Below, one piece after another: positions 62,962-64,000 of a DNA stretch of 64,000 nucleotides (its first letter is position 1; the number at the start of each line of letters is the position of its first letter). The translations under genes and the position numbers were made by a program. Origin of the DNA: Planctomycetota bacterium. Its GTDB lineage: Bacteria > Planctomycetota > UBA1135 > UBA2386. Location: positions 3,360,001 to 3,424,000 of the forward strand of contig OZ245006.1 in assembly GCA_965223545.1 (NCBI GenBank), read 5' to 3'. Below the pieces are notes generated by a model that was given only the letters and a program-made list of their open reading frames with translations, did no database searches and was not told the DNA's origin.

Positions 62962-62984
62962 AATCGAGCCTGACACCGTACGTT
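62962..62984 (-). repeat. Degenerate REP-like repeat, copy 4
   Basis: aatc-GAGCCTGaCaCCGTACGTT versus aatcgGAGCCTGGCTCCGTACGTT in copy 3. Confidence 0.55.
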
Positions 62985-62991
62985 TCGGGGA

Positions 62992-63690
62992 ATGATTCGC
63001 TTGCGTCCTTCTGCGGCGCGGGGGCAGGCCGACCACGGCTGGCTGCTTGCGCGCCACACGTTCTCGTTTGCCGACTACGTCGACCCGGAGCACATGGGCT
63101 TCGGCAGCCTGCGGGTGATCAACGAGGATCGCGTGCAGCCGGGCCGGGGGTTCCAGACGCATGGGCACCGGGACATGGAGATCCTGACCTACGTGCTCGA
63201 CGGCGTGCTCGAGCACAAGGACAACACCGGCAACGGCACCGCGATCCGGCCCGGTGAGCTGCAGCGGATGAGCGCCGGCACCGGCATCCTGCACAGCGAG
63301 ATGAACGGCTCGGACCGCGAAATCGTGCACTTGCTGCAGATCTGGATCACACCCGAGCGCGAGGGACTGGCGCCGGGCTACGAGCAGCGCGCGTTCGACG
63401 TGCACACGCCCGGCGCACGGCTGACCCTGGTGGCGGCGCGCGACGGCCGCGATGGCGCCCTCACCGTGCACCAAGACGTCGAGGTCCACGCCGGCACTCT
63501 GGCGGCGGGAACGCGCTACCAGCACGCGCTGGCCACCGGCCGCTGCGGGTGGATTCAGATCGCCCGCGGCAACGGCGTCGTGGCCGGCCACCGCGTCGCT
63601 GCGGGTGATGGGGTCGCGATCGCCGACGAGGCCAGCGTGACGATCGAGGCCGAAGCCGATACCGAGCTGTTGCTGTTCGACATGGCGTGA
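62992..63690 (+). CDS. Pirin family protein (YhhW-like)
   Basis: 'HTFSFADY', 'LRVINED', 'HGHRDMEI', 'MSAGTGILHSE', 'LQIWI'. Confidence 0.94.
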   Translation: MIRLRPSAARGQADHGWLLARHTFSFADYVDPEHMGFGSLRVINEDRVQPGRGFQTHGHRDMEILTYVLDGVLEHKDNTGNGTAIRPGELQRMSAGTGILHSEMNGSDREIVHLLQIWITPEREGLAPGYEQRAFDVHTPGARLTLVAARDGRDGALTVHQDVEVHAGTLAAGTRYQHALATGRCGWIQIARGNGVVAGHRVAAGDGVAIADEASVTIEAEADTELLLFDMA

Positions 63691-63709
63691 GTGGCCGGCG
63701 CCGTCGGCG

Positions 63710-64000
63710 TCACCGCAGGTCGAGCGCGGCGCCCGTCGTCACGTGCAGGGATTCCCGCTGCTCGTCACCGTCGCCGCGCTTGATGTGCGCGGAGTAGTGC
63801 CCCGGCGCCAGCCGCAGATCGAACGGGCGACTGGCGGTGATCCACCGGTCGTAGTGGAGCCGGCCCGCAGAGTCGAACAGCTGCAGACGCACGGGCGACG
63901 CTGCTGCCGGCGGCGTCACGCGCAACACGACTGCCTCGGTCAGCTCTGCCCGGACGACCCCGTCGACCAAGGCCGCGGTGTCGAACACCGCTTCTCCGAT
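63710..64000 (-). CDS. Hypothetical protein, C-terminal fragment (truncated by window)
   Basis: Frame open to the window end; beta-rich tail 'LRLAPGHY' like the other carboxypeptidase-regulatory proteins here. Confidence 0.5.
   Translation of the reverse strand: MGEAVFDTAALVDGVVRAELTEAVVLRVTPPAAASPVRLQLFDSAGRLHYDRWITASRPFDLRLAPGHYSAHIKRGDGDEQRESLHVTTGAALDLR

Overview
High-GC bacterial chromosomal window, by inference from a Planctomycetota-like genome: ECF sigma factors with large C-terminal extensions, an ECF/Ser-Thr kinase pair, a sulfatase, a MoxR-DUF58-vWA operon and several secreted proteins sharing a C-terminal module. It holds about 45 densely packed CDSs; I found no rRNA, tRNA or CRISPR array. 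Two observations stand out. (1) A complete IS110-family element (31627-33272) sits in the centre of a small palindromic REP-like repeat that occurs intact at 656-688 and 60690-60722. Its 250-nt 5' non-coding end carries short segments identical to the target (GAGCCAG) and to its own right end (CAGGTCAG), as expected of a bridge RNA. (2) The first gene of the MoxR/vWA operon has a single in-frame TGA (18591-18593) in an H-x-H-x3-[TGA]-x4-C context, followed by a hairpin and 116 more codons that end 4 nt before the moxR start. This is a candidate selenoprotein or recoded gene, although a nonsense mutation or sequencing error is not excluded. Product calls come from motif recognition by eye and no database searches were run.
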